Shown here one piece after another: positions 30,123 to 39,497 of a stretch of 64,000 nt of DNA. The stretch is from the NCBI GenBank assembly GCA_963699545.1, contig CAVOUE010000003.1, forward strand, positions 672,001-736,000. The letters are read 5' to 3'. The DNA is from Nitrospirota bacterium. Lineage in GTDB: Bacteria > Nitrospirota > Thermodesulfovibrionia > Thermodesulfovibrionales > UBA9159. Numbering within the stretch: position 1 is the stretch's first letter; every line of letters starts with the position of its first letter. Made by a program: the position numbers and the translations under genes. Below the pieces are notes generated by a model, which saw only the letters and a program-made list of their open reading frames with translations, made no database searches and was not told the origin of the DNA.

Positions 30123-30748
30123 TGGGCCTCTTTCAGGAAGAACTCAAAGAGCTCTTCAGAGAAGTCTTCCATCTCGATGATGAGCATTCTTGCACGGCTG
30201 AGGTAGTAGTTGTAGGCCACAACCCCGGGGATTGCTGCGGCAAGACCCGCTGCCGTAGCGATCAGCGCCTCTGCGATACCCGGCGCCACGACCGCGAGAG
30301 ACGCAGAGCCGGCAGTCCCTATCCCTCTGAAGGAATCCATGATTCCCCATACCGTGCCGAAAAGCCCGATGAAGGGGCTGGTGGAGCCTGTGGTCGCGAG
30401 GAAGTTCAGATACGACTGCAACTTGGCGACTTCCAGGGCCTCATATCTTCTGAGGATCCTCTTCACCTCATCCTTGCTTGTGCGGCTTTCCTCTGCATAC
30501 ACAGACCGGAACACATTGGCAAGGGGGCTCAGCGTAAGGCTTCTCGCCGAGTTGTAAAGTCCCTTCATGTCCCGGCCGGCCCTGAAGGTCCTCAGGAAGG
30601 AGTCGGATTCCTTCGACGCCTTTGAAAAATAACGGTGCTTATAGAAAATAATTGCCCAGGAAAAGACGGAGAAGAAAAGGAGGATGACCAGTACCCCCTT
30701 CACCACATATCCCGCATGAAGGATCAACTGAAGTGCCGAATCTTGCAT
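30119..30748 (-). CDS. tolQ: TolQ
   Basis: PFIGLFGTVWGIM, VAPGIAEALIATAAGL. Confidence 0.93.
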   Translation of the reverse strand: MQDSALQLILHAGYVVKGVLVILLFFSVFSWAIIFYKHRYFSKASKESDSFLRTFRAGRDMKGLYNSARSLTLSPLANVFRSVYAEESRTSKDEVKRILRRYEALEVAKLQSYLNFLATTGSTSPFIGLFGTVWGIMDSFRGIGTAGSASLAVVAPGIAEALIATAAGLAAAIPGVVAYNYYLSRARMLIIEMEDFSEELFEFFLKEAQ

Positions 30749-31041
30749 AGATAACCTCTGCTTACAAATGAATTTCCATTATTGTAAACCAGATTAAAAA
30801 AAATTGCACGAAAAGTCAAATGAACCAGAGGAGCGAAGACGCTCTTATTTTCCCTGAGGAAGCATTGTTTACGTCAGACCCCCGTCGCCACTCCGGGATC
30901 GTGAATCTCCCTCAATGGGGGATGGGGACGGGTGGCCGGTACACCGACTACCTGACAGTTCTCAAAAGGCGAAATGGTCTCGAGGTTTCTTTGTCCGGAT
31001 GCCAATTTTCCGAAAGGGCCAGGAACGGTCTTGCCCTGAGG

Positions 31042-31473
31042 TCACCACTCCACGACTATGGTGACAAAGTCGGTGTAAGCTCCCGGCTTCACTTTCTGCA
31101 ATGCGGGAATCCTCCCGTAAACCGTGAGGTTGCTCGCTCCCGGCTGTGTGAAGGTATTGCTCGTGCCGTCGCCCCATATCGTTGTGCAGGCGGCATCAGT
31201 ATAGAGGTTGTAGTTGAGGTAGTCCCCCGCTCCATACAACTTTCTCTTGCTATAGTCCCCGCCGGAATTCTTTCCCGGGTCGAGTTTCACCACTGTCGCT
31301 GTTGCAGGATTGCATGTGACACTGACAGAACCGGTGGTGTTAAGGGGACTGACTGCAGTGGCATCATATGCTCCAAAGCTGACCGCTACCGCCGAAACCG
31401 TGCACTGCTGGGCCCATGCCTCAGCAGAATATGCGATAACCAAAAGGACCAGGAGCCATTTAATCCATTTCAC
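31042..31473 (-). CDS. Spore coat U / Csu-type pilus subunit (minor or tip)
   Basis: Signal peptide, CTVSAVAVSFGAYD, LNYNLY, WGDG, VYGRIPA, GAYTD. Confidence 0.88.
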   Translation of the reverse strand: MKWIKWLLVLLVIAYSAEAWAQQCTVSAVAVSFGAYDATAVSPLNTTGSVSVTCNPATATVVKLDPGKNSGGDYSKRKLYGAGDYLNYNLYTDAACTTIWGDGTSNTFTQPGASNLTVYGRIPALQKVKPGAYTDFVTIVVEW

Positions 31474-33781
31474 AGATTATATCTCCCATAGTGACTGTTA
31501 TCTCCTCACTTTCCGGCACAATCATTTCAAAATTACACTGCTTGTCCTCTAGTGTCATTTTAGCAGGAAATTTTCCCGGTTTCAGATTTTCCATATAAAA
31601 CTCCCCCCGCTTCCCTATTACCGCCTCTACTATCTTACCCTCTATATTCACTTCAAGCACTGCGGATTCCGCAGCTATCTTCTTGCTTTTTGTCACGAGG
31701 AAGAGGCGTCCTTCAAAGGACTGGATCTTCGTAATGTCGAACTTGATGACACTGCCGCTCCGGTAAGCAGGGGAGATGTATTTTTCGAGCTCTTTCAGCT
31801 CATAGTTCACGGGTATGTCCGCTGCCTCGTAAGAGATCTTATTGTCGTTATAAGAGATGAGTCCCGGCACTATGGCTTTGCCATGAGCGTTGGTGAGCGC
31901 GACCTCCTCGTTGCTGTAGTAAACCTTTGCGCCCTCAATGTCTCCCACTTTCACAAGGGCAAAGCTGTCGGTTATCGGTCTGGAAACGTAAAAAGATCTG
32001 TCAATAAATCCTATGCCTCCTGACATGCTCACATCGTAGCTGTTAGCGCCTGATGTCCTCCGTGCAGTCGCAGAATAGATCCCATAGGGTCCGTTGTACT
32101 GGAGGTACGACAGCCCGCCAGGTTCCCATTGTTCATTATCCTTCGTTTCGACCTGGAATTTGTAGCCCCATCCCGGACCCCTCGGAGGGTTCTTCTCTAT
32201 GCTGGCAGACAAGGTCTTCTGAGAATCGTCAGACTGATAGTTCAGTGTTCCGAAATGGTTCTTGCCGAGAGTGAAAATCAGGGAGGCAAAGACCTGGTAG
32301 GTGGTTGTAAGTTCATCCGTTCTTGAGGCTGAAACGGACAGGCTCACGTTGTTTCCGAGCGTCCTGCTGTAAAAGAGGTTCACCCTCTTTATGTCAGCCT
32401 CGCCGTATTGCGAAAGAAACTGAACGTTTGCCGATATGGAGCCCAGTAACTCTGTATGGAAACCGAGACCGATCCGGCCTTCAAAATGCGGCCTGCTGCT
32501 CGCTTCCTCGAGGGAAAAATTCGTATAGTCTCTTGAGGCGTACCTGAAGGCGGCATTTCCACTCAGGATGCCGCTGTTATAGGTATAGCTCAAAAACGCA
32601 CTGTAGCCATAGCTGCCATCTCTTATTTTGCTCACGGCAATGCCGGTGTCGAACTCTCCGGCCCTGCCGATAAGGAAGGTGGCAAGGGGGCCGAAATTTA
32701 TCAGGTCCTTATTCACCTCTCCCCTCAGCCCGCCGGTGAAGGTATCGCTGAAGCCATACCGGTGATACCCGAGGAAGCCCGGCTCCGTATAATCAAAGCT
32801 CTTCGTGCCAAAATTGAGACGTTTGAATCCGAGGTTGTAGCTATAGTCATGGAGGCCCGCTTTCAGGAGGTTCGAAGAGAGGTAGAAGGGGGTCACGATC
32901 GTCTGCTCCCTCCCGAAGGCGTCCTTTATCACAAGGGTTGCGTTGCCTGCCCCCGTCTGTCCGTAAAAGTTCGAGAAGTCAAAGGCCCCTGGGGGAAGTT
33001 TTTCTTTTTTCATAGAGACATTATTGATATAGAGGTCAACCTCCGAAGGGGTCTGGATCAGCCCCGACAGGTTCAGACCCTGATATTTTACAAAGTAGGG
33101 ATTGAGCGAGAAGTTCTTTGTCATGCTCACTCCGGCAAGGATGCCGCTCCCCCCGAGGGCGCCTGAAGTTGCAAAAAAGTCACCTGCGGTGTATCGAATG
33201 ATATTCACCGTGTCATCCTTTGTGATATTTGTCATCATTCTCACAAGACTGCTCTCGGTATTCGTCTTTGTGTAAGAGACATTGGAGTAGAACAGGTAAT
33301 CGCTGATGAAGAGGCCCATCTCTGCGGGGATGCTCAGGGAATTAAAATCAAAGCTGTCTCCCGCGCTGTAGGTAATGGCATAGTTGAGGAAGGCGGAATT
33401 CTCTTTTGTATAGGTGACGCTTGCGGGCCTTGCATAGCCCATGTTTATGACATATTTCTCAAGGAGCTGAGGTTCAGCCGTTATCAGCAATGCCGACTCC
33501 TGCATATGAAGAGAAAAACTCACCCCGGGGGCAAGGGACCTGAGGGAAACATAGCCTCCCTCTGTGATCATCGCCTTCTCCGGTACCCCTTTGAAGCCTA
33601 ATTCCGTGAGCTGTCCCCGCGAAAAGAGCATGTCCCCGTCAGGGGTCATCATGAGGAGGTGTTCCCCTTTATCCATCGTATTAAGAATGACCTTGAGGGG
33701 CACGGTTTCAGCCCCCCATGAGTGTAGAGGGACAAAGAGGACAATGAAGGGAAGCAGGATGATCAGCCTATGGATCTTCAC
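31460..33781 (-). CDS. Chaperone-usher outer-membrane usher (CsuD-like)
   Basis: PSEVDLYINN, IKDAFGRE, LLKAGLHDYSY, HRYGFSDTFT; GTG start inferred. Confidence 0.9.
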   Translation of the reverse strand: MKIHRLIILLPFIVLFVPLHSWGAETVPLKVILNTMDKGEHLLMMTPDGDMLFSRGQLTELGFKGVPEKAMITEGGYVSLRSLAPGVSFSLHMQESALLITAEPQLLEKYVINMGYARPASVTYTKENSAFLNYAITYSAGDSFDFNSLSIPAEMGLFISDYLFYSNVSYTKTNTESSLVRMMTNITKDDTVNIIRYTAGDFFATSGALGGSGILAGVSMTKNFSLNPYFVKYQGLNLSGLIQTPSEVDLYINNVSMKKEKLPPGAFDFSNFYGQTGAGNATLVIKDAFGREQTIVTPFYLSSNLLKAGLHDYSYNLGFKRLNFGTKSFDYTEPGFLGYHRYGFSDTFTGGLRGEVNKDLINFGPLATFLIGRAGEFDTGIAVSKIRDGSYGYSAFLSYTYNSGILSGNAAFRYASRDYTNFSLEEASSRPHFEGRIGLGFHTELLGSISANVQFLSQYGEADIKRVNLFYSRTLGNNVSLSVSASRTDELTTTYQVFASLIFTLGKNHFGTLNYQSDDSQKTLSASIEKNPPRGPGWGYKFQVETKDNEQWEPGGLSYLQYNGPYGIYSATARRTSGANSYDVSMSGGIGFIDRSFYVSRPITDSFALVKVGDIEGAKVYYSNEEVALTNAHGKAIVPGLISYNDNKISYEAADIPVNYELKELEKYISPAYRSGSVIKFDITKIQSFEGRLFLVTKSKKIAAESAVLEVNIEGKIVEAVIGKRGEFYMENLKPGKFPAKMTLEDKQCNFEMIVPESEEITVTMGDIICEMD

Positions 33782-33795
33782 AGAAATAGTGTAGG

Positions 33796-34596
33796 TTAAA
33801 TCAGTCCTTCTGTCCGGTTTTCTTCTCTTTCTCTGCCGGTTCTTCTGTTCTCCCTGGGGCAGAGGGCCTTGTCCACATCGAGCTTCGCCTCTTTCTTCGA
33901 CTCTCCCACCTCTGCAATGACCATGATGGCGCTGGATTTCAGGCACTCCTTGCCCGGTATCTTGATGCCAAAGGTGCGCGTCACCCCCGGCAGGACATAC
34001 CAGCCTGCCTCCTCCTTCTGGAAAACCTCCTGATTGGACGCGTCAACTCCCTTTGCCTTCATCTTCCCTACCGTGATATGGCTGTTCCCCCCGTTTCTTA
34101 TCTTTATCAGGAGCATCCCTTCAGAAAGCTCCGCCTTTTCGATCGCCCATTCCTTCACTTCCTTTGAAGGCTTGATGAAGACAGGGATGCTCAGCCTCAG
34201 GGCAAGCCTGAGCTGCGACTCTCCCGGCCTCGAAACAGGTATCTCCTGCAGAAAGACCCGGTATGCCAGTTCCTTATCCGTCGCCTTGCGGTCCTTTGAG
34301 CCTACGCGCAGGAGCAACTCCTTGCCCTTTTCCACAGTAATGATCTTCGGGAAAAAAACAATGTCCCCGGTCGGCTCGTACACATCCTTGCCCCCTTCGC
34401 CCTGGACCCATTTCATCGCCTCCACCTGGACAGTCACCTTTTCATCCCCTTCATTGGACACCTTGAGGACCTCTGTCTTTTTCCCGGCAGATAGGAAGAG
34501 CTTGGTGGGTATTACCTTCAGAGAGCCGGCATACGAAAGGGACGCCCAAAAGCATAAAGATGCTATCATTAAAACAGCTGGCCGGGTGTGTCTCAA
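33796..34596 (-). CDS. Pilus chaperone (CsuC/PapD-like)
   Basis: LKVIPTKL, ELAYRVFLQEIP, LSIPVF, WYVLPG; TTG start inferred. Confidence 0.88.
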   Translation of the reverse strand: MRHTRPAVLMIASLCFWASLSYAGSLKVIPTKLFLSAGKKTEVLKVSNEGDEKVTVQVEAMKWVQGEGGKDVYEPTGDIVFFPKIITVEKGKELLLRVGSKDRKATDKELAYRVFLQEIPVSRPGESQLRLALRLSIPVFIKPSKEVKEWAIEKAELSEGMLLIKIRNGGNSHITVGKMKAKGVDASNQEVFQKEEAGWYVLPGVTRTFGIKIPGKECLKSSAIMVIAEVGESKKEAKLDVDKALCPRENRRTGREREENRTEGLI

Positions 34597-34620
34597 TTCT
34601 TTCTCCCCTTTTTTGTAAAG

Positions 34621-34647
34621 GGGCCTGAGGGGCAAATCCCCAGGCCC
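34621..34647 (-). terminator. Hairpin after the pilin gene (terminator or attenuator)
   Basis: GGGCCTG...CAGGCCC stem; near-identical copy at 35571-35596. Confidence 0.5.
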
Positions 34648-34662
34648 TGAGAGACGGAAACC

Positions 34663-35160
34663 TCAATAGTGCACTGTCACCGTCACGGTATCGGTCAGCA
34701 CTGTGCCTGCGGGAAAGCCTATAAACTGCATAAGCTGTGCGTTTACGGTGTGAGCCTGGTTTGATCCGTTACCTGTATCAGCAAGGCTAGTTCCTCCTAT
34801 ATATGTGCCTGCATAGTCAAAATCTCCCCATTCTACCCCGCCGGCCGGCTGAAAAAGGAAATAAGCAGCCTCTCCCGCAGTCGGGCCAAGCCGTCTTGCC
34901 GATTCGTTGCCATACAGTCCCTTATCGAGCGCGATGTGATAGGGTGTCCCACTCGAACAGTTAACAGTGACATCGCCAGTGGCATTTACAGTGGCCAACC
35001 CCGTGACATCCCCGAAATTCACCGCTGTTGTTGAGACGGTGCAGACTGCAGCGACCGTAGCGCTTACCTGCAGCTGACCTGTTGCTGTACCGGCATAGGT
35101 CACGGCAGAAAAGACAAGGCTGAATGCCAATACACCTAGTACTAATATGATCTTTTTCAT
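34663..35160 (-). CDS. Csu-type (spore coat U domain) major pilin, paralog C
   Basis: Signal peptide, LQVSATV..CTVSTTAVNFG, VTVNC, DTVTVTVHY. Confidence 0.9.
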   Translation of the reverse strand: MKKIILVLGVLAFSLVFSAVTYAGTATGQLQVSATVAAVCTVSTTAVNFGDVTGLATVNATGDVTVNCSSGTPYHIALDKGLYGNESARRLGPTAGEAAYFLFQPAGGVEWGDFDYAGTYIGGTSLADTGNGSNQAHTVNAQLMQFIGFPAGTVLTDTVTVTVHY

Positions 35161-35248
35161 TGCAATCCCCCTTTCTCAGTCGTAAGGGTTCTTAAGTGGA
35201 ATAATCCCCCAAACCTCTCTTTTCTTCCCACCCCCTTCCACACCATAC

Positions 35249-35357
35249 AAAAAGGCCGGGCATGCCGGGATATCTCCTTCGGCAGCTCGGCCATCTTCTC
35301 TAAGACCCGCCGCTTTCCGTCTCCCGATTACTCGGGATTTGGCTTTGTCGGGATACC
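35249..35357 (-). ncRNA. GEMM-I (c-di-GMP-I) riboswitch, G20 variant, with overlapping terminator
   Basis: RNA CCCGACAAAG-CC-AAA-UCCCGA-GUAA-UCGGGA-GACGG-AAAGCGGCGGGUCUUAGAGAAGAUGGCCGAGCUGCCGAA, then CGGCAUGCCCGGCC-UUUUU. Confidence 0.88.
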
Positions 35358-35570
35358 CTGATTACAAGACCATACGTCTGGATAAGGGCATTTGAGCCCG
35401 CTCTCCGCTCCTAAGAAAAGCATAGCAAAGCAGTAGGGAATGTCAAGTTTTAACTTTAGGTTTGCCAGGCAGGAACAAGGGCCTGTTAACTGATCATGAA
35501 GGCAGGAAATGAAAACTCGCGAAAACACCCTAATGGGCCTGTCTCTCAATCTTGTCTTCTTTTTTCAGAT

Positions 35571-35596
35571 GGGCCTGGGCCAAAATCCCCAGGCCC
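35571..35596 (-). terminator. Hairpin after pilin B
   Basis: GGGCCTGGG...CCCAGGCCC stem. Confidence 0.5.
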
Positions 35597-35611
35597 TGAG
35601 AGACGGAAACC

Positions 35612-36121
35612 TCAGTAATGCACCGTCACCGTCACGGTATCGGTCAGCACTGTGCCCGCAGGAATACCTGAAAACGGGTGAAGGTATGCCCTTGCAGTGT
35701 GAGCCTGGTCAGAGCCATTACCCGTATCAGCAATGACACTTCCCCAGAGATATGTACGTGCGTATTCAGCGTCACCCCAATATACATTCTCGCTCGGTTT
35801 TAGGATTTCATAGTCGGCCTGATAACCGCTTCCGGCAACGTTCCTGTAATAACCACCAGGGTAGTGAGTCCCCGCATCGAGAGCAATGTGATAGGATAGT
35901 CCATTCGAACAGTTAACAGTGACGTCGGCAGTGGCATTTACATAGTCCGACACTCCGGTGACATTGCCGAAATTCACCGCTGTTGTTGAGACGGTGCAGG
36001 CGGTGACTACTGTTGCGCTCACCTGCAGCTGACCTGTCACCGTACCGGCATAGGTCGTGGCAGAAAAGACGAGGCTGAATATCAGCACACCCAGCACTAA
36101 TATGATCTTTTTCATTGCCAC
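35612..36121 (-). CDS. Csu-type major pilin, paralog B
   Basis: Same scaffold as the other two paralogs, with a divergent central segment. Confidence 0.9.
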   Translation of the reverse strand: MAMKKIILVLGVLIFSLVFSATTYAGTVTGQLQVSATVVTACTVSTTAVNFGNVTGVSDYVNATADVTVNCSNGLSYHIALDAGTHYPGGYYRNVAGSGYQADYEILKPSENVYWGDAEYARTYLWGSVIADTGNGSDQAHTARAYLHPFSGIPAGTVLTDTVTVTVHY

Positions 36122-36140
36122 CCCCTCAGCTATGGAACCC

Positions 36141-36644
36141 TCAATAGTAAACCGTGACCGTTACGGTATCGGTCAATACGGTCCCTCCAGGAATGCCAGA
36201 AAACGGGGTAGGGTTAAGCTGTGCGTTTACGGTGTGAGGCTGGTTTGACCCGTTACCCGTATCAGCAAGGCTGCTTCCTCCCATATATGTGCCTGCATAG
36301 TCAGCATCTCCCCATTCTACCGAGCCGGTCGGCTTAAAAAGGAAATAATTAACCTCTTCCACAGACGGGCCAAGCCGCCTTGCCGCGTCGTTGCCATACA
36401 GCCCCTTATCGAGCGCGATGTTATAGGGTGTCCCACTCGAACAGTTAACAGTGACATCGCCAGTGGCAGTTACGTAGTCCACTCCGGTGACATTGCCGAA
36501 ATTCACCGCAGTTGTTGAGACGGTGCAGGCGGTGACTACTGTTGCGCTCACCTGCAGTTGACCTGTTACTGAAGCGGCATAGGTCATGGCAGAAAAGACA
36601 AGGCTGAATGCCAATACACCCAGTACTAATATAATCTTTTTCAT
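36141..36644 (-). CDS. Csu-type major pilin, paralog A
   Basis: Same scaffold; 5' UTR nearly identical to that of paralog C. Confidence 0.9.
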   Translation of the reverse strand: MKKIILVLGVLAFSLVFSAMTYAASVTGQLQVSATVVTACTVSTTAVNFGNVTGVDYVTATGDVTVNCSSGTPYNIALDKGLYGNDAARRLGPSVEEVNYFLFKPTGSVEWGDADYAGTYMGGSSLADTGNGSNQPHTVNAQLNPTPFSGIPGGTVLTDTVTVTVYY

Positions 36645-36731
36645 TGCAATCCCCCTTTCTCAGTCGTAAGGGTTCTTAAGTGGAATAATCCCCCAAACCT
36701 CTCTTTCTTCTCACCCCCTTCCACACCAAAC

Positions 36732-36838
36732 AAAAAGGCCGGGCATGCCGGAATATCTCCTTCGGCAGCTCGGCCGTCTTCTCTAAGACCCGCCGCTTTC
36801 TGTCCCCTCCTCACGGGGGGTTTGGTTTTATCGGGAGA
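36732..36838 (-). ncRNA. GEMM-I riboswitch, A20 variant (candidate 3',3'-cGAMP sensor), with overlapping terminator
   Basis: RNA CCCGAUAAAA-CC-AAA-CCCCCC-GUGA-GGAGGG-GACAG-AAAGCGGCGGGUCUUAGAGAAGACGGCCGAGCUGCCGAA, then CGGCAUGCCCGGCC-UUUUU. Confidence 0.82.
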
Positions 36839-37148
36839 GCCTCATCTCTAGTTTTCTTTTATCATGGAAAAGTGCCGGTGTCAAGTTATAACTTTAGTTT
36901 ATACAGCTTCGAGTATGTTTAATAAGAAATGATCTATCCTTTTGATTTCCATTTGATACCTTCAGTCATGCGCAGGATATCCGAGGTGTGTGCATAGACG
37001 ACTAAAACATTCACCTCTGGAACTTGCTATAATCATACATGCTATAGATCGTAATCACCTCATGGTGCGGGGTCATCCGGATGTTCCGATGCTCTGAACA
37101 TCTGCATCTGGCTTTCGGTCCATTCCTGGAAGAGAATTGGATATTCAT

Positions 37149-38741
37149 ATGAAGAATGATCACCTACAGAAACCAGCGGCATCGGAGAAATCCGAAAGAT
37201 TGCCGCTCTCTTATGCCGTACTTTTCTCTGTCATCATTCTGGGCATGTACATCAGAGTGCATAACGTGGGTTATAGACCTTTTTGGCTTGACGAACTCTA
37301 TTCGGTATCGTATGCACAATTGACGATAGAAAGCCTGTTCAAAGTTCTGCATACGGACATCCAGATGCCTCTTTACTTCATACTGCTCCATGCCTGGATT
37401 TGGATTTTTGGGGATTCTGATAGAGCCGTGCGGTCTCTCAGTATTCTTTTTGGTTTGCTGGGAATTATAGGATTTTTCTTGCTCTTGAGAAAAGGTTTGC
37501 GATGGGGCGTGAACTCCTGCTTGATCGGCCTTTCTCTTCTGGCCGTGAATCCTTTTCACATCTATTATTCTATTGAAGCACGAACCTATTCCCTGATGTT
37601 TGCCTTAGCGACATTCTATCTTACCGCTTTTGCTTTAATGCATGCTGAAGGCGATAAGAAATACTGTCTTGCATATGCTCTTCTTCAGGCGTTGCTTCTT
37701 TACACTCATCCGACAGCATTGTTATATTGTTTTTGCATAAATGCCACATACGTATTCCTCCTCTTTTCCCATAGAGAATGTTCATGGCTGAAGCTGAGGA
37801 ATTTCTTGGCAGCGAACGTAGTTGCAGCGGTCATTTTTGCGCCATGGGTTACCTCATCGATACAGCAAGCATACTCAGTTCACAAGAGTTTTTGGGCACA
37901 ATTACCATCCCCTGTCGGAGCGCTCAAGAGCTGGTTGAGCATCGCCCTGTTCTGGTCTCCTGAATTGGTAGAGTTTCTTTCTTACCATAATACAGGTATG
38001 AGAGTTATAGCCTGGATCTGCATTATTGTCCCGGTTCTCCTCCTCATGGCACGAGGGGGCATGTATGCCCTCAGGCGGAAGAATCTTGTCGAACTGTTGA
38101 TCATCCTCAGCTTATTTGTTTATCCCGCGGCTCTCTACCTGGTTTCGCTTCTGTTCAAACCGATATTTATGAACAAAATATTAATCCCCTCACTTATAGG
38201 GTTGCTTGTACTCATCGTAATTCCGGAAGAAAAGCATTTTCCCGGGAAAGGAAGAGCGACCCCTTTGTTGGTCTCACTATTCTTGCTCATAAGTATAAGC
38301 CTAAGCTTTGCCGTTACGACTATCGATAAGAATCCTGACTGGAAAAAAATCGGAGAAGCTATTTCTCAAAGAGCTGGGCCGGGAGATCTCGTCTTGGTGT
38401 ATAGAAGCCACGGAGCTTCGCTGCTGAAGAGATACTCCAAAGGTAACTTCAATATCGAAGGAGTCACGCATGATTTTGAAGATGAAATGAGACAACGCGA
38501 ATTGCAGAACTTCAATAGTGCGACTTTCTATAGACCTTTTTCTTCACAGGCCGTTCGAGAAAGGCTTGTCCAGCTCATTGATGGAAGAGAGAGATTCTTT
38601 GTGGTCTTGTTCCCCGTCCCAGGCAATGAAGTTGTTATGGCGCGAGATTTTACGCTAAAGAGATATGCTGTCAATGAACTAATCATGCTCAAGCAGGCTC
38701 AGATCTTGGTCTTGTCATCTTCTCCTCAGCAGAGCCCTTGA
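37149..38741 (+). CDS. Membrane glycosyltransferase (GT39/PMT-like)
   Basis: FWLDELYS, PLYFILLHAW, YYSIEARTYSL, LYTH; many TM helices. Confidence 0.82.
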   Translation: MKNDHLQKPAASEKSERLPLSYAVLFSVIILGMYIRVHNVGYRPFWLDELYSVSYAQLTIESLFKVLHTDIQMPLYFILLHAWIWIFGDSDRAVRSLSILFGLLGIIGFFLLLRKGLRWGVNSCLIGLSLLAVNPFHIYYSIEARTYSLMFALATFYLTAFALMHAEGDKKYCLAYALLQALLLYTHPTALLYCFCINATYVFLLFSHRECSWLKLRNFLAANVVAAVIFAPWVTSSIQQAYSVHKSFWAQLPSPVGALKSWLSIALFWSPELVEFLSYHNTGMRVIAWICIIVPVLLLMARGGMYALRRKNLVELLIILSLFVYPAALYLVSLLFKPIFMNKILIPSLIGLLVLIVIPEEKHFPGKGRATPLLVSLFLLISISLSFAVTTIDKNPDWKKIGEAISQRAGPGDLVLVYRSHGASLLKRYSKGNFNIEGVTHDFEDEMRQRELQNFNSATFYRPFSSQAVRERLVQLIDGRERFFVVLFPVPGNEVVMARDFTLKRYAVNELIMLKQAQILVLSSSPQQSP

Positions 38742-38803
38742 GCATGCGTTGGGCTGACAAGGGTCTTTTTGTGCACCAGCGGGAAGCCGCCAGGAAGGAA
38801 GCA

Positions 38804-38965
38804 TCATTCCGACGATTTGCCGAATTCCCTCATCTCGATCAATACGGCACCGCATTTCCCGCACTTGGGACTCTGTTGGAGCATTAATGCCTTCAGCTTG
38901 TTCTGAACGCCACAGGACAGACAGCGGATAAGCATTTCTTCGTTTTCCTTATCGTTCTCTTCCAT
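38804..38965 (-). CDS. 53-aa zinc-ribbon protein
   Basis: MEENDKENEEMLIRCLSCGVQNKLKALMLQQSPKCGKCGAVLIEMREFGKSSE; two CxxC pairs. Confidence 0.55.
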   Translation of the reverse strand: MEENDKENEEMLIRCLSCGVQNKLKALMLQQSPKCGKCGAVLIEMREFGKSSE

Positions 38966-39050
38966 ATCCTATCCGAAGGGCCGTTTTCTTCCATTCTAGC
39001 ACGTTTGTTCTTTCCTGCATTCACAGGACCTGATGTGTTATAATTTTCTC

Positions 39051-39461
39051 ATGAAACGAATCCTTCTGGTCGCGCTGCTTCTTATCCCTGCCCTTGCATA
39101 TGCGGCTCCCTCCATTAAGTTTGTGGAGGAAACCCATGACTTCGGAAAGGTCCGGGAAGGGGAGAAGGTAGAGTATACCTTTGAAGTCGCCAATTCTGGC
39201 ACAGATGAACTGCGCATAGAGAGGGTAAGGGCCTCCTGAGGATGTACCGCGGTGATGGCTAGTTCAAGCCATCTGAAGCCCGGAGAAAAAGGGAGCATAA
39301 CCGCGACCCTCGACACCCGGAACAGGGCAGGGTTCATCGTGAAGACGATTGAGGTGGTGAGCAATGATCCTGACACGCCAAAGGTGGTCCTCACGCTCAA
39401 AGCTGAAGTGACGGCAAAAGACAACGCGGCATCTCCGCAGCGAGCCCCGGATAAAAGATAA
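39051..39461 (+). CDS. DUF1573 (Ig-like) secreted protein, predicted selenoprotein (136 aa, Sec63)
   Basis: HDFGKV...FEVANSG...AS-TGA-GCTA...LKPGEKG...SNDP. TGA at 39237-39239 replaces the first Cys of SCGCT; hairpin GATGGCT-agttca-AGCCATC 14 nt downstream. Confidence 0.82.
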
Positions 39462-39497
39462 AAGCATCTGTTTTACTTTCGCCCTGTTTCCGGAAGT

